Assembly (NCBI GenBank): GCA_013265495.1
Contig: MU058839.1
Location: 1-64,000, forward strand
Reading direction: 5' to 3'
Source of the DNA: Vicugna vicugna
Taxonomy: Eukaryota
DNA: 64,000 bases
How positions within the stretch are numbered: the stretch's first letter is position 1; each line of letters opens with the position of its first letter. Shown here in pieces: positions 1 through 13,146 of this stretch. The notes below the pieces were generated by a model, which made no database searches, had not been told where the DNA came from, and saw nothing but the letters and a program-made list of their open reading frames with translations. The translations under genes and the position numbers were made by a program.

Positions 1-350
1 ACCATATGAGATCGCTCATATGTGGAATCTAAAAAAACAAAGAAAGCATAAATACAAAACAGAAATAGACTCAGACATAGAATATAAACTTGTGGTTGCC
101 AAGGGGGTTGGGGGTGGGAAGAGAGAGATTGGGATTTCAAAATTGTAGAATAGATAAACAAGATTATACTGTATAGCACAGGGAAATTATATACAAGATC
201 TTATGGTAGCTCACAGAGAAAAAAATGTGACAATGAATATATATATGTTCATGTATAACTGAAAAATTGTGCTCTACACTGGAATTTGACACAACATTGT
301 AAAATGATTATAAATCAATAAAAAACGTTTAAGAAAGAAAGTAAAAAAAA
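1..350 (+). mobile_element. LINE-1 3' end (young, lineage-specific) with A-rich tail
   Basis: CTCATATGTGGAATCTAAAAA start, G-rich 3' UTR tract, GACACAACATTGTAAAATGATTATAAATCAATAAAAA then A-rich tail. Confidence 0.9.
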
Positions 351-1364
351 CAACAGAAAAAACAAAACTTTGAGAAAAATCTCACAAAATGCAGTAAATA
401 CAAAAAAATTAAAATTAAAATTAAAATGCATATGCGAAAGAGACTAGAGACTGAATTCTAAAACAAATGAAATAAAACAGGAATTAGCAGGAATAAAAAC
501 CATAAGCTGAAAATATGTTTGAATTGATAGATGAAAAGTGTAATAAATTATACATACCTAGATATATGGCAAAAGTTTAGAATCTTAGGGATCACTGCCA
601 CTGTTGCTTTGTAAAGAAATCTCAAAAGAAATTCTAAAGAATAAAAACTGTACAGTCCATGCTCTCTGATCAGAAGACATTAAAACTAGCTTTTAACATC
701 TAAAGTGTATCTGGGAAAAAAATAGCACTTGGAGCTTGAAAAATTTTCCTAACATACTCAAGTCAAAGAGAAAACAATAAATACAGTTACAGAATATTTA
801 GGGAAAAAAATACAATAATGAAAAAACAACATAAAAATGTGAAAGCTAGTTACAGCAGTGCTAAAAGGCAAACACAGAGGGAGAAATGCTCCCTATTAAA
901 ATAAATTAACTGGCCCATTTAGCATTAGTAAAAACAGGTAGAAGGAATTAGAAAGATAAAAGAAGAAAAGTCAAGAGTAAATACCAGTAAAATATAGGGG
1001 GTTTTTTGGGGGTGGGGGGTGGGAGAGGGTAAAAAAACCAATAGAAATAGTAAAAGCTTTAGCCAATAAACAGATTTAAACTGTCTGTTAAGGTACTCAA
1101 AAATAGTAAGGGCAAAAAAAGAAAAAAAATTACAGATGGATAAAATCTTAAAATCTGAACAATATGAGTAAAACACTATGAAATTAGAATTTAAGAAAAC
1201 ATGAAGTATTATTTGTACTCCAGGAGCAATATAAGACCTAGACAGACATAGAAATTGTTTTAATCTTTAAACTTAGTAAAACAAAAAATTACATATAACA
1301 CAAACACCAATTCCACAGAATTTTACAGAACAGTTCTTAATTTTTGAAAGGCTACAAACTAGCA

Positions 1365-1660
1365 GGTAGCTCGATTTAAACTAAGGATTTGTGTTTGTGT
1401 ATGTGTGTATGAATCTAAATTAGCTGCTAACATTTCAATTTAAAAAGTCAAGGCATTTTACATAACATTTTGGAATTCCAGCTTGTCATGAATAACTGGA
1501 AGAAGATCCTGACAACTGCGGTTCCCATGGCCACACATGGCAAGAGTGGAAGAGGGGCCAGTCTCCTTGGGTGTGGCAGTAACTCTTGGATTATCCGGTA
1601 CCCTCAGAGCTTGTAATCTTCAGTAATGGCAACTTCCTAGCCACACTTATAAGCATTTTA
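1365..1660 (+). mobile_element. MER102-like hAT-Charlie DNA transposon fossil
   Basis: ACATAACATTTTGGAATTCCAGCTT...GAAGATCCTGACAAC...CACATGGCAA resembles the MER102 core. Confidence 0.55.
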
Positions 1661-2059
1661 AGCATGTTATCAGAAAAAAAAAAAAGGTCTGATAGATAAT
1701 GACGGAAAACCGACGCTCCCCCAATTACCTTTAAGTGTTTATGTCAATATCTATCAACATCATCCCCTCTTCTATATATTTTTTTCTTTTTTGATAGGGT
1801 AGGAGAACTTAGCAAGTTAATTCTAAAGCTCTCTGGGAAAATTAAGCTGTCACTCATTAAAAGAACTGTTCAATAAAGAAAAACAAGGAGATATTTAAAC
1901 TGTCTGTTAAGGAAACATATCATAAGGCTGCAACAATTACAGTCAAACAGAAAAGTCCCTGAAAGAGGCCAGAAAGCCCAGAAATCAATGCATATTTAAA
2001 AACAATAAAGATGCCACTTCAAATTAGTAGAAATCAAAGGACTATTTAAATCTTAGGGA

Positions 2060-2300
2060 AGCAGCACAACACAGTGTGCAAGGAACAGCCCAGGGGTCTG
2101 GACAGGCTAGACTAGATGGCACAGCAGTGTGGCATGTCCAGCTGGGTGACCCTGAATGACCAGTGTTCCTACCTGGAAAATCAGGATAGTCACTGTATCT
2201 GTCTCACAGGATTGCTGAGAGGATTATCAGTTACCATTTGTAAAGTACTTAAAACGGGAACTAATACAATGAGTGCTATATACATGACATTTAATAAATA
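2060..2300 (+). mobile_element. MIR SINE
   Basis: MIR core-like GCTGGGTGACCCTG...TTCCTACCTGGAAAAT...CACAGGATTGCTGAGAGGATT...TGTAAAGTACTTA. Confidence 0.7.
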
Positions 2301-3142
2301 AAAGAAAGCAATGTATGCCAAGGTAGTCCTAAAACTCCCGGGAATAGCAGGGAGAGAGGTACAGGGAGCAAAACCGCCCATCACACCACAGTAAAACAAT
2401 AAGCTTCAGGATTTATGAAAGTAAACAATAAAAAATTAAACCAGGGGAAAACGGACTATTTATCTGATCTCTTAGACTAGGGAAGACATTTTAAATATGA
2501 CAGCAAAGTCAGTATCAAGAAGACAGATGAACACATTTGACTACATAAAAATTTTTAAAGTATATATATATATTTAATTAAGATGAAATTTAAAACTTAA
2601 GGAAAAATAAGGGTTAATATGTGTGTATAAATATTCTTACAAATCAGTACGAAAAAGTACATGACCAAGCAATTCAAAAAAGGCTCTGCCTGTATACATG
2701 AGAAAATATGGAACACTATCACTAATCAAAAATGCAAATTTTTTAACCCTTAAATTGGTCAAAGTTATGGGAAAAATTACACCACTGCCCAATGTGCAGA
2801 GAAATTGGTACATTTCTATATAAAAGATTGAAGAATACACTGAAACAACCTTTTCAGGGGTCACTTTGATAATATGCTCCAAAAAACTTTTAAAATACTA
2901 AGCCCCTTTGACCCAGTAATTCCATTTCTAGGACAAAGTTGGGACATAAGGATTTCAATGGAAAAGTTTCAAATCACTTTTTCCGCGATGAACCAGAATC
3001 AAGGAAAAGAAGAATGTGAAGAAATAGCTGAAGTTTCAGACATAAAGCTAAGAATTTTCACCTTCTAAAAATACAACACTTGTTCCACTGTACGATTAAT
3101 GTTTGATATTACCAAAGTAAAAAAAAAAAAATTAAAACAAAC

Positions 3143-3314
3143 CTTTTAACAGCATCCTTCTTCTGAATATCTATAGTATCCCACCACTTTGAAAGGTAAG
3201 AGATCTCAGACCACATAAATTTCCTCCGTGGGTCTTCTTTCAACTTGGTGACCATGTTATTAAAAATATACTGAGTCTTCTCTCTAAAGTAGTCCTCAAA
3301 AGTCTTCAACCAAC
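3143..3314 (-). CDS. MAN2A1: MAN2A1 coding exon 4 (172 nt), GH38 N-terminal domain
   Basis: Acceptor TTTAG|GT completes the Gly codon from exon 3. Translates (G)WLKTFEDYFREKTQYIFNNMVTKLKEDPRRKFMWSEISYLSKWW...DAVK. Donor AAG|GTTTGT, phase 2. Gene continues beyond position 1. Confidence 0.97.
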
Positions 3315-5200
3315 CTAAATTAAGACACAAATACACCACAAAGGTATGATTCATATATCTGATTTAAATGCAGTCACATTCTATTGCTTTACCTTTGGAT
3401 AACCTTAGATGTTTCATTCGTATAAAGATATATTTAAAAATTTAGCAAATGTTATCAATTAATGAAATTCCATTTTAATGGACATGAGACTCAAAAAGTC
3501 ACTACCACTGAAAAGATAAAAACACTCTGAAAATTGTACAAATTCAGATATTAATAAGAAAATGAGAAAGTCAAAAAGCATTTATTCATACTTAACAATT
3601 ATAGTATCTAATTATAATTTCTCTAATTTAAGGAGTTTTTTAAATGTAAAAAATCTGAATGGTATTAACAAATTGGCAGTAACACTCTCACAATATGGAA
3701 TCACAATTTTATCCTCTCATGTGGCATCTAAAATTTCCTCTCCTTTAAGTAAGTTAGACTAAGGAAAAGAAAATCCCAAGTACAAACTGTATCATAAAGA
3801 CCACAGCGAGTCTGTAAGATAATTACAGCACTATTACGAATACTGAGAAGAATTCTGCCAAAAACAGGCATTAGTTTTCAAAAGGCTGTTTATGATTCCA
3901 TTTTTTGAAGCACCAATGGACAATAATCAAACAGCAAATGTGTACACATCTATGGAGAGTGTTTTCAAAAAAAAATTGTTAATGTTGACAACTTAGTTCT
4001 TTTGACTTTTCCTACTACCTCTCAAATATCCTGGGAATTTTATCTAAAGACATTTGCAATTTGACTATAAAGAAACATTTTTAACAAGACCCATAGCTCC
4101 AAATATAGCCCCATCTGGCAGAACAATAAAGCAATGTGATGAGTGGCTGAGGCAAAATCATACACAGCCACCAATTCCACTTACTGGTGGCAGACCAAGT
4201 GTTCCCTGTGGAGAATAACCTCTTGCCTGTGAAATCTTACAGGAAGGGGAGTTTCTGTATATTCAGGTCCAACTACTGCTCTATTGTGTCCAGGCCTCCA
4301 ACATGTGGGAGGTCTAAAAAATATGGGGTCAAACTGACTATTTCTTCCGTCTACGATTAAGTGAATATTCACTGTATGCCGTATTTGCCAGCAAAAAACA
4401 TAATAAAAACCTGCCAGGGCAGAGAAGGCAATATACTATTTTGACAATACAAATATGAGCTTCTAAGGAGCACTGCCACTGTGATTGTATTTCTCTGCTT
4501 TAACTGGGATCTATTCATTCATTCTACAATTACTTACTGAGCACCCACAAAGCATGCAGTTTGACGACAAGTATGCAGCTATGAGCCAAACAGAAATATA
4601 GTGTGTTAAAATATTCTTTATAGGACTTTCTTGATCTGGTGTACTTTTAAGCTGGTTTGTCACCAAAGAAAGCTACCTGAATAATTCGACTTTTCCACGT
4701 TTAAATAAGAAGACTGTACCTACAGAAATCCCAAAGATATCTCATGAAATAGTGGTTTGCAAAGAATCCTGTCTTGCTTCACAAAGGTATGAAACTGGAC
4801 CCCTGCCCCAGAGCACTGAGGCCAGGATCCACACCTGGATTTCCAGGGGCAAGCAAAGAAAATTCAACGTGTCCTTAAATGGAGATGCTCTAACTCCCTA
4901 CTGACCAAGCAGCACCCCTGAGAGACAAAAATATCAACTGCTTAGACCTTAGCCCAGGATATAAGAGGACTTGATAAATATTAGCTGCTGCTACTATTAT
5001 TATTATCAGAATCATCGTGAGTCTTTAATTGCCACTTTCATATCTCTACAATCAAACCAGGTCAAAGGGGAAATAAAATATATTCCTAACATCTAATTTT
5101 GAAAAGCGTATAATTTATTTAAAACATTTAAAAAACAGCTCCACATCTTAAACATATTGGTTACCCAACACTTCTATTTGCATAGAATTCATTTTATACC

Positions 5201-5347
5201 TGTTATGAGCTATACTGTGTCTCCCTGAAATTCATATGTTGAAGTCCTAACACCCAGTACCTCAGAATGTGACTGTACTTAGAAATAAGGTCTTCACAGA
5301 GATAACGAAAGTAAAACGAGGTCATGAGAATGGGCCCTAATTCAATA
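5201..5347 (+). mobile_element. MLT1B-like MaLR LTR, 5' part
   Basis: Starts TGTTATG...AAATTCATATGTTGAAGTCCTAACACCCAGTACCTCAGAATGTGACTGTA. Interrupted at TA by Tigger1. Confidence 0.85.
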
Positions 5348-7717
5348 CAGGCATAACTCGTTTTATTGCACTTTGCTTTATTTTGCTTCACAGGTATTGC
5401 ATTTTCCTTTTTCCTTTTTTTTTTTCAACAAACTGAAGGTTTGCGGCAACCTCTGTCAAACAAATCCATCAGCACCATGTTTTCAACAGCATTTACTCAC
5501 TTTGTGTCTGTCACATTTTGGTAATTCTCATCATATTTCAAATTTTAAAATTATTATTACACTTGTGAGGGTGTACTGTGATCAGTGATCTTTGACGTTA
5601 CTACTGCCATTGTTCTGGGATGACACGAACCACATCCACGTAAGACAGTGAACTGAATCAATGTTCTAATTGCTGCACTGACTGGCCATTCCCCATCTCT
5701 CCCCTTCTCCTCCAGTCTCCCTCTTCTCTGAGACACAACAATATTGAGATTAGGCCAGTTAATAACTCTGCAACTACCTAAGTGTTCAAGTGAAAGGAAG
5801 AGATACATGTCTTTCACTTTTAATCAAAAGCTAGAAGTGATTAAACTTAGTGAGGAAGGTGTGTTGAAAGCTAAGACATGCCAAAAGCCAGGCCTCTCAC
5901 ACTAAAACAGGTAGCCAAGTTGTGCATGCAAAGGAAAAGTCCTTGAAGGAAATGAAAAGTGCTACTCCAGTGAGCACACGAATGATAAGAAAGCAAAACA
6001 GCCTTACTGCTGATGGGGAGAAAGTTTTAGTGGTCTGGATAGAAGATCACACCAGCCACAACATTCCCTTAAGCCAAAACCTAATCCAGAGCAAGGCCCT
6101 AATTCTATTCAATTCTTTGAAGGCTGAGAGAGGTGAGGAAGATACAGAAGAAAAGTATGAAGCTAGTAGAGGCTGGTTCATGAGGTTTAAGGAAAGAAGG
6201 CATCTCCATAGCACAAGGTGAAGCAGCAAGTGCTGATGAAGAAGCTGTAGCAAGTTACCCAGAAAAATCTAGCTAAGATCATTACTGAAGGAGGCTATGC
6301 TAAACAAGAGATTTTCAATGTAGACAAAACAGCCTTCTGTTGGAAGAAGATGCCATTTAGGGCTTTCTCAGCTCAAGAGGAGAAGTCAATGCCTGGATTC
6401 AAAGCCTCAAAGGACAGGCTGACTGTCTTGTTAGGGGCTAATACAGCTGGTGATTTGAAGCTGAAGCTAACGCTCATTTATCATTCCAAACGTTTCAGAG
6501 CCCTTAAGAATTATGCTACATCTACTCTGCCTATGCTTTGTAAATGGAAGAACAAAGCCTGGATCATAGCACATCTGTTTACAATAGGGTTTACTGAATA
6601 TTTTAAGCCCACTATTAAAACCTTCTACTCAGAAAAAAAGAATCCTTTCAAAATAGTATTGCTCGTTGGCAATGGTCACCTGGTCACTCAACAGCTCTGA
6701 TGGAGAGACCACGAGATTTATGTTGTTTTCACGCCTGCTCACATAAAAACCACTCTACAGCTTGTGGATCAGGTAATTTCAACTTTCAAGTCCTATTCTT
6801 TAAGAAATACTTTTCTTAAGGATATAGCTGCCATAGATGGTGATTCCCCTGATGGATCTGGGCAAAGTCAATTGAAAATCTCCTGGAAAGGATTCACCTG
6901 TCTAGATGCCATGAAGAACATTTGTGATTCATTGGAAGGGGTCAAAATATTAACATTAACAGGAATTTGGAAGATGCTGATTCCAGCCCTCATGGATAAC
7001 TAAAAGGGGTTCAAGACTTCAGGGGAAGAAGTCACCACAAAGGTGAAAAGAGCAAGAGGAGAATTAAAAGTGGAGCCTGAAGATGACTGGTTGCTGCAAT
7101 ATCCTGATAAAACTTTAACGAATGAGGAGCTGCTTCTTATAGATGAGCAAAGAAAGTGGTTTATTAAGATGGAATCTATTCCTGGTGAAGATGTTGTGAA
7201 GATTGTTGAAATGACAATTAAGGAGTTACAATATTACATAAATGTAATTGGTAAAGCAGCAGCGACAAGAACTGACTCCAGTTTTGAAAGAAGTCCTACT
7301 GTGGGCAAAGTGCTATCAAATAGCATTGCATGCTACAGAAAAATTATCCATGAGAGGAAGAGTCAATTGATATAGCAAACTTCATTGTCATTTTGTTTTA
7401 GGAAACTGACACAACCACTTCAGCCTTCAGCAACCAACACTGTGATCACTCAGCAGCCATCAATATTGAGGCAAGACCCTCCACCAGCAAAGAGATTACA
7501 AGGAAGACTCAGATGATGGTTAGCACCTTTTAGCAATAAAGTATCTTTAATTAAGGTCTGTATATTGTCTTTTTTTAGACATAATGTTATTGCACACTTT
7601 GACTACAGTATAGTGTAAACACAATTTTTATATGCACTGGGAAATCAAAATATTTGTGTGACTCACTTTATTGCAGGGGTCTGGAAACCAAACCTGCAAT
7701 ATCTCTAAGGTACCATG
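5348..7717 (+). mobile_element. Essentially full-length Tigger1 (pogo-family DNA transposon) with disrupted transposase
   Basis: Left end CAGGCATAACTCGTTTTATTGC, right end GCAATATCTCTAAGGTACCATG, flanked by TA on both sides; 2370 bp. ORF pieces ([56 protein letters not shown]) are pogo/CENP-B-type transposase broken by stops and frameshifts. Confidence 0.95.
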
Positions 7718-7958
7718 TATGTCCTCATTAGAAGAGGCAGTTTGGGACACAGACACACACAGAGGGAAGACCACGTGAAGACAATGGGAGAAGAACAGTC
7801 ACCTACAAGCTAAGACAAGAGGCCCTCAGAAGAAACAAACCCTTGAGACACCTTGATTTTGAACTTTTAGCCTCCAGAACTGTAAGGGAATAATTTTCTG
7901 TTGTTTAAGCTACCCCATCTGTGGTACTTTATTAAGGCAGCCCTAGCAAACTAATACA
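7718..7958 (+). mobile_element. MLT1B-like MaLR LTR, 3' part
   Basis: GACACACACAGAGGGAAGACCACGTGAAGAC...CCTCCAGAACTGTAAG...GGCAGCCCTAGCAAACTAATACA terminus. Confidence 0.85.
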
Positions 7959-9371
7959 TCACTAGAAAAAAATGTGTTATTACTATCCAAAAAATAAAGA
8001 TCACAATGTGGAGAGAATCTGCCAAGTACCATCATAATGCCTAATATACACCTATCTCTGTATTGCAAGACTCAGTTGAAATCAAATGTATGTAACATCT
8101 ATTTTTGTACTGTGCTATTATATATGCAATAAGAGCCATGTAAATTATTTAAATTTATTAGGGCTCTATTAGAACTGTTATCCCTAAGACATTACATATA
8201 CCTTCTACCTAAATTTTAACAAAGACCAAAATTAATCCCTAATTATTCGGCTAATAACTCAACTAAAGAAAATAAGTAAGAACAGTGGAATGTCTCCAAA
8301 ATTAACTTAGTAATAATAAACTAGACTTCAAGCATAAAAGACAAATTTAGAAGAAATGGTCCTTATGAAGATCAATAAAAGAAAGGGATTTTTTTAAAGT
8401 ACAATTCTTTATTTCCATCAGTTACACTTTGTTATGAAGTCGGACCATTTCAAAGAATAGTTTATCACAGGAGTTTTCATAGAGGAATCACAGTGATTGA
8501 CTAATCCATTTTGCCTTCAACACTCCATTCGCCCTTTAACAATCATGCAGAAAATATGTCAAAGATATTTACGTGAGCCAAAACACGAGCTCAGAGATGT
8601 CAACTTAAAAGCCTTCCATAAAACTCATCTATAATAGATACTAATATCACTACAGTAAAGCACAATTAATGAAGAATGAACTGAAAGATAGCCTCTTGCA
8701 GCTTTCAATATTGAGTAATATAACAGTAAATTAGCTTTTATTGCTCTTATACAATAGAGTAATCAAGTATTCCCTTTTACACTGAATTGGCTCTTTCTTT
8801 CTCCAAATTACTATAGAACTCCAATTGTATATTAACATGAGACCAATCACAAAGATAGTATTTTATAAAAAGTTGTATGGGATGAATTTTTGTGACATAA
8901 AATCATATTCCTACTTCTTGATTTAATAATCTCAGGACATTCAGCGGCAAACTGATTTTCTTAAGCGGTCAATTCACAGCCTTAGAACAGCATTAAGAAT
9001 ACCTTTATTCCTTTTCACTCTAACAACACTATCACTCATAATTCAGCTAATCACTATGTCAAGTAAGTGGGGAAATTTTAAAAAATAAAGAGTAAATAGA
9101 AGTTCTATATAGCAGATATAATTTCAAATTCACTTATCACTATTGTATCATAAAAATGTAACGTCTAAAATGTAAATAAAGTTGAAAACTCTTTTTGCTA
9201 ATCTTTAATGTGCATGAACAATTAAGCACCTACTAACTGCTCATTGATAAAACACATTTCTTTTATTTTTTTTTCTTAATTTGGACCCTTGATTTAGCTT
9301 CACAATCTACAGACTTTGTGGAGATCTCATCCTCTTAAGGAACATAGTATTATTTGGTTCAAGGGCATACA

Positions 9372-10000
9372 CAGCACCACCCTTAGGACCTGGGCAGGAG
9401 TGTCCCGCTCTGAGCACTGGACTCTGCAGGGATTCCCCCCATTCTTCATCTGACCACATCCCATCCCACATGATAAATCCACAGGGTGAAGAACATGCCC
9501 ACCCAGCACCTGCCCTGCCCTGCCCTTCTGAGTCCCTGGGACCCAGAAGTCTGTGTCTGAACATCCCCAAGCCAGTTTCTAGAGACTTCTATATGGCCTT
9601 TCCTGTCAAGGTAGTTAACTTGTAGGTGGTGAACTCCCCAGCCTGGGCAGTGACCAAGGGACTGAAGTTTGCAGGAGTGTGGGAAGAGTGCAGGGATGTC
9701 TGCAAGAAGATCCCTCCTGTGCTAGGACAGGGCTGGGTCTGAAAGGAGAGGACGCTCTGCTGCCTACAGGCTGGCTCCCCTCCACACACACCAGCACATT
9801 TCACTGCTTCAGTGTGTCTGAAGCCCGAGCAACCTAACTCACCCTAGGCCTGCCGTTTCACTGAGCTACTTCTCCAGGTGGAAGGAAAGGATTCATTTTA
9901 TTTGGAAATGTATTAGTTTCATTTTTAATGTTAAAATGTTTAGACATAGCGTCTGAGGGCCTCCGTGTACTTTTGCCCCAGGTCCTGCAAATTTTAGAAG
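9372..10000 (-). mobile_element. MER115-like hAT (Tip100/Zaphod group) fossil
   Basis: GC-rich island. Ends CAGCACCACCCTTAGGACCTGGGCAGG and GTACTTTTGCCCCAGGTCCTGCAAATTTTAG match recalled MER115 termini. Confidence 0.7.
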
Positions 10001-12444
10001 TCTAAATACCTGCTACATACAACCTGAACTTCAAACCAGTCAATTCTCAAGAATCTGGCACCTGGTACAAAGTCTATGACAGCAAGAGTTCAGTAAGTAC
10101 CTGATAGATTAATGAAGTAAATGGACAGAAGGACTGGAAAAAAAAAAAAGGCATGTGGAGTAAAAAGGCAAATTTGCTACTTCAACTAGAAACGAAAGGT
10201 AAAAGATACCACATACTGTTATATCTACCACGTTCACAGTCTGTTCTGATACTAACCTAATAATCTTTGAACCATATCTTTAAGTTTCTATTTTATATTT
10301 CAAAAGGCTCTGTCATCCCCAAGATGATTTAAAACATACATCCAGGAGAAGGCATGGCCCTCAAGTCATTGTTACACTGCTATGGTTTTAACTGCTACAA
10401 TAATGATTTTTTAATGAGTACATTAATTCCACTCAAAAGTTAAAGTATCAATTTTTAAGAAAACATAAAAAGATTCTGAATCAAAAAATAATTATACCCA
10501 GGTAAAAAACATTTAAAAAAAATACAACCTAAGCTTCAAGATATTTCCATTTTAACATAATCTCAAATTTTAAAATAAACACAGAGTTCATTAAAAAGAA
10601 ACCTCTTTTTTTTAGGAAGTTACTCTGTATCAACAAAGATCAACAGGTTTCTTTCATCATTTGTCAAACCCTTCAATATTTGACTGCAATATCCAACCTT
10701 ACACTTGAGGAAGGGGTCACATACAATTTTAATTGGTATTACAATAACTCACATGCTGATTAATTTTAATTCCAACGTTCTATTATGAAGTAAGCTTATT
10801 ATTCCCCCCTGATAAACTGTGAAAGAGTTTTAATTAATGTTCTGTTCTGGTTTATTCATTCCAACACAAACCAAGCATCTAATAAGGGCAAGCAATAAAG
10901 CTAAGCTAAATGAAAACAGATTCTACAGTGAAAATATGAACCAAATGCCATGGGAATAAAGAAATGGTAAATTCCTACCAGAAGGACAGGAGAGAGATTC
11001 TTAGATTAGACATCATCTGGTTAGAGAGAAAAGGTGGCAGTTCCAAATAGAGGGAAGAGCATATGGAAAAAACACTAAGCCATGAAATTATGTGTCAATT
11101 TCAGGGAGCAGACGGCAGCTGAGTATGACTGCACTGCAGCTTACATGGTGGAGTATGATGAAAAAATAGAAGTGGAGGGTCAGATCACTGTAAAACTCCT
11201 AAAGGATTTTTATTTCTTACCAATAGCTTAGGAAGAAGGAAGTTAAGGTTTTCTGAGCTCTGTTTTCAAAAATAACTATACTGTGAGTGTAAAGGGTAGA
11301 CTAACAAGGTAAAGTATGAGAAAAACAGGAAATGAAAACATGATAATAATTCTGCTAAAAAATGGTAATAGATTGCAGGGGAAACAGACAAAGGAGAATA
11401 AGAGGCCAAGATGGCAAAATGAAGTGAATTTAGTAACTAACCTAAGTTTCCAGAAGACAGAGTCGAAGATGAGCTGAGTCTTTGGAAACCTAGAAACCTG
11501 CTGATTCCTCTAAATGCTTTTGAACTCAGGTTTCAAAAAAAAAAACCTAGCCTTTCTTCCAGGTGATTCAGTGTCAGCTAATAGTTTTCAAAGCATATCA
11601 GCTTCACTTCCATTAAGTTGTTTGAGATACAGTATTTTTTGAACCCACGTAAGATGTTGTCACTGGAAATTCTGTATCATGCCGAAGAACCCATTTGCAT
11701 TACTATTAGGACAGCTGGGGTTTTGTTCACCCTGAAGCTGTTATGTCTATAACAGCCAAATGTGACCCCTAACTGCACTGCTTTTCTAAATGCCCTTTAA
11801 AAGGGCTGCATACCTTGATACCTGATACCTGCAACTGTGAGATCAACCTCCAAAATACTGTCTAAATCTGCTAACATTACTTCCCTCCCTTGTTAAGAAT
11901 TTCATCCATGAGGATCTATTCACACTGGATGAGGACACTTCAGGTCTAATATGTCTTTCCCAAATGGACTTGGTTGCGTGAAATAATAGAAAGTGTCTAT
12001 AATATGAGAGACATCATTAGAAGTAAAAAAAAAAAAGTGACTTCCTTTGAGGCATTAGTCTCAGGATATGTGGAATCCACTTACTTGGCCTTATGATTAA
12101 GCCAATACTAGGCAAATTACCAAAGTTTCTAGAAGAAACGATTTTTAAAAGCTGAAAAATATTGCATCTAAATCACTTTCTAATTGTAAAATGTGTGACA
12201 GTGCGGAAAACCATTCACCATCTCATGTACTAATGCAGTATTTAAGGACAAAGACATTCATTTTAATAAGGAAAAGACAAGAAAAAAAGGATAGGAAACA
12301 GTGCAGTGAAGTATCTACTTCAGGAAGATAGTTTATACAATGTTTTATATGATAATAATACTAAAGTAGATGGCATTTGGCTTGGAAAAATTTAAAAGAC
12401 TTTCTTCCTAGAAGCTCTCCTGTGGTTTCAAAAGTATGACTTGT

Positions 12445-12680
12445 AAGAGGCAGTATTAAATAATGGTCACAAGTCCTGATTCCAGAGCAAGAAAGCTTGT
12501 GTCCAAACCCAACCCTGCCACAGACACATCACTTATCCTCTTTCTGTCTTAGTTTTCTCATCTTTGAAATGAGGGTAAAAGCAGGATTTCTGTAATAAAA
12601 TTGCTGAGAGGAGTGATGGACTCATCATACGTAAAGTACCTGTAACAGTGCCTGGAACACAGTAAATTCCCACAGTACTA
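12445..12680 (+). mobile_element. MIR SINE
   Basis: CTTAGTTTTCTCATCTTTGAAATGAGGGTAA...GTAAAGTACCTGTAACAGTGCCTGGAACACAGTAA. Confidence 0.75.
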
Positions 12681-12958
12681 GTAATTATTTGTATAATCAG
12701 GGTACTGATGAGTTCTGAAGCACCCAGGATTGAGGACAGAAAAAAGTATTCAAAATAGGGGAGGTGGGCCATATTTAATGATCACCTACATCTCTCAGAT
12801 GCTACCTGACATATGTGCTCCTAAGGATTACAGTCCAGGCAAAGCCCAAACAATTAGATTTTTTTTCCCTCTGAAAAAGGGACCAATACATGAATTCTAC
12901 AGATCTCTTAAGACAATGCTAAATATGTAACTCTTAAATGCCACAACTTCTTAACAAT

Positions 12959-13146
12959 TAAGATTGCCAGATAGAATACAGGATACCAAGTTAAATTTGA
13001 ACTTCAGATAAATAATGAATAAATGTTCAGTATAAGCACATCCCGTATGATATTTGGGACACATGTAAAAAAATTATTCATTATTGGAAATTTAAATTTA
13101 AATGTGCAGCTCAGTTTTTTTTTTCCAGCTGTATCTGGCAACCCTA
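12959..13146. mobile_element. MER53 palindromic MITE
   Basis: TIR-like ends GATTGCCAGATA ... TATCTGGCAACCCTA and internal inverted symmetry (GTTAAATTTGAACTTC / GAAATTTAAATTTAAAT). Confidence 0.85.

Larger units (their letters stand above)
640..2940 (+). mobile_element. Highly decayed ancient L1 (L1M-type) ORF2 fragments, interrupted by MER102 and MIR
   Basis: Recognisable L1 ORF2 stretches, e.g. ACATATCATAAGGCTGCAACAATT, ACATTTGACTACATAAAAATTT, CCCTTTGACCCAGTAATTCCATTTCTAGGA. Confidence 0.65.

Noticed and set aside
5922..7375. Possible domesticated transposase gene (TIGD1-like)
   Set aside because: Split into several frames by stops and frameshifts, with a mutated catalytic motif; an ordinary fossil.
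9307..9804. GC-rich patch with several ORFs that could be a hidden exon
   Set aside because: Explained by a MER115-like transposon fossil.
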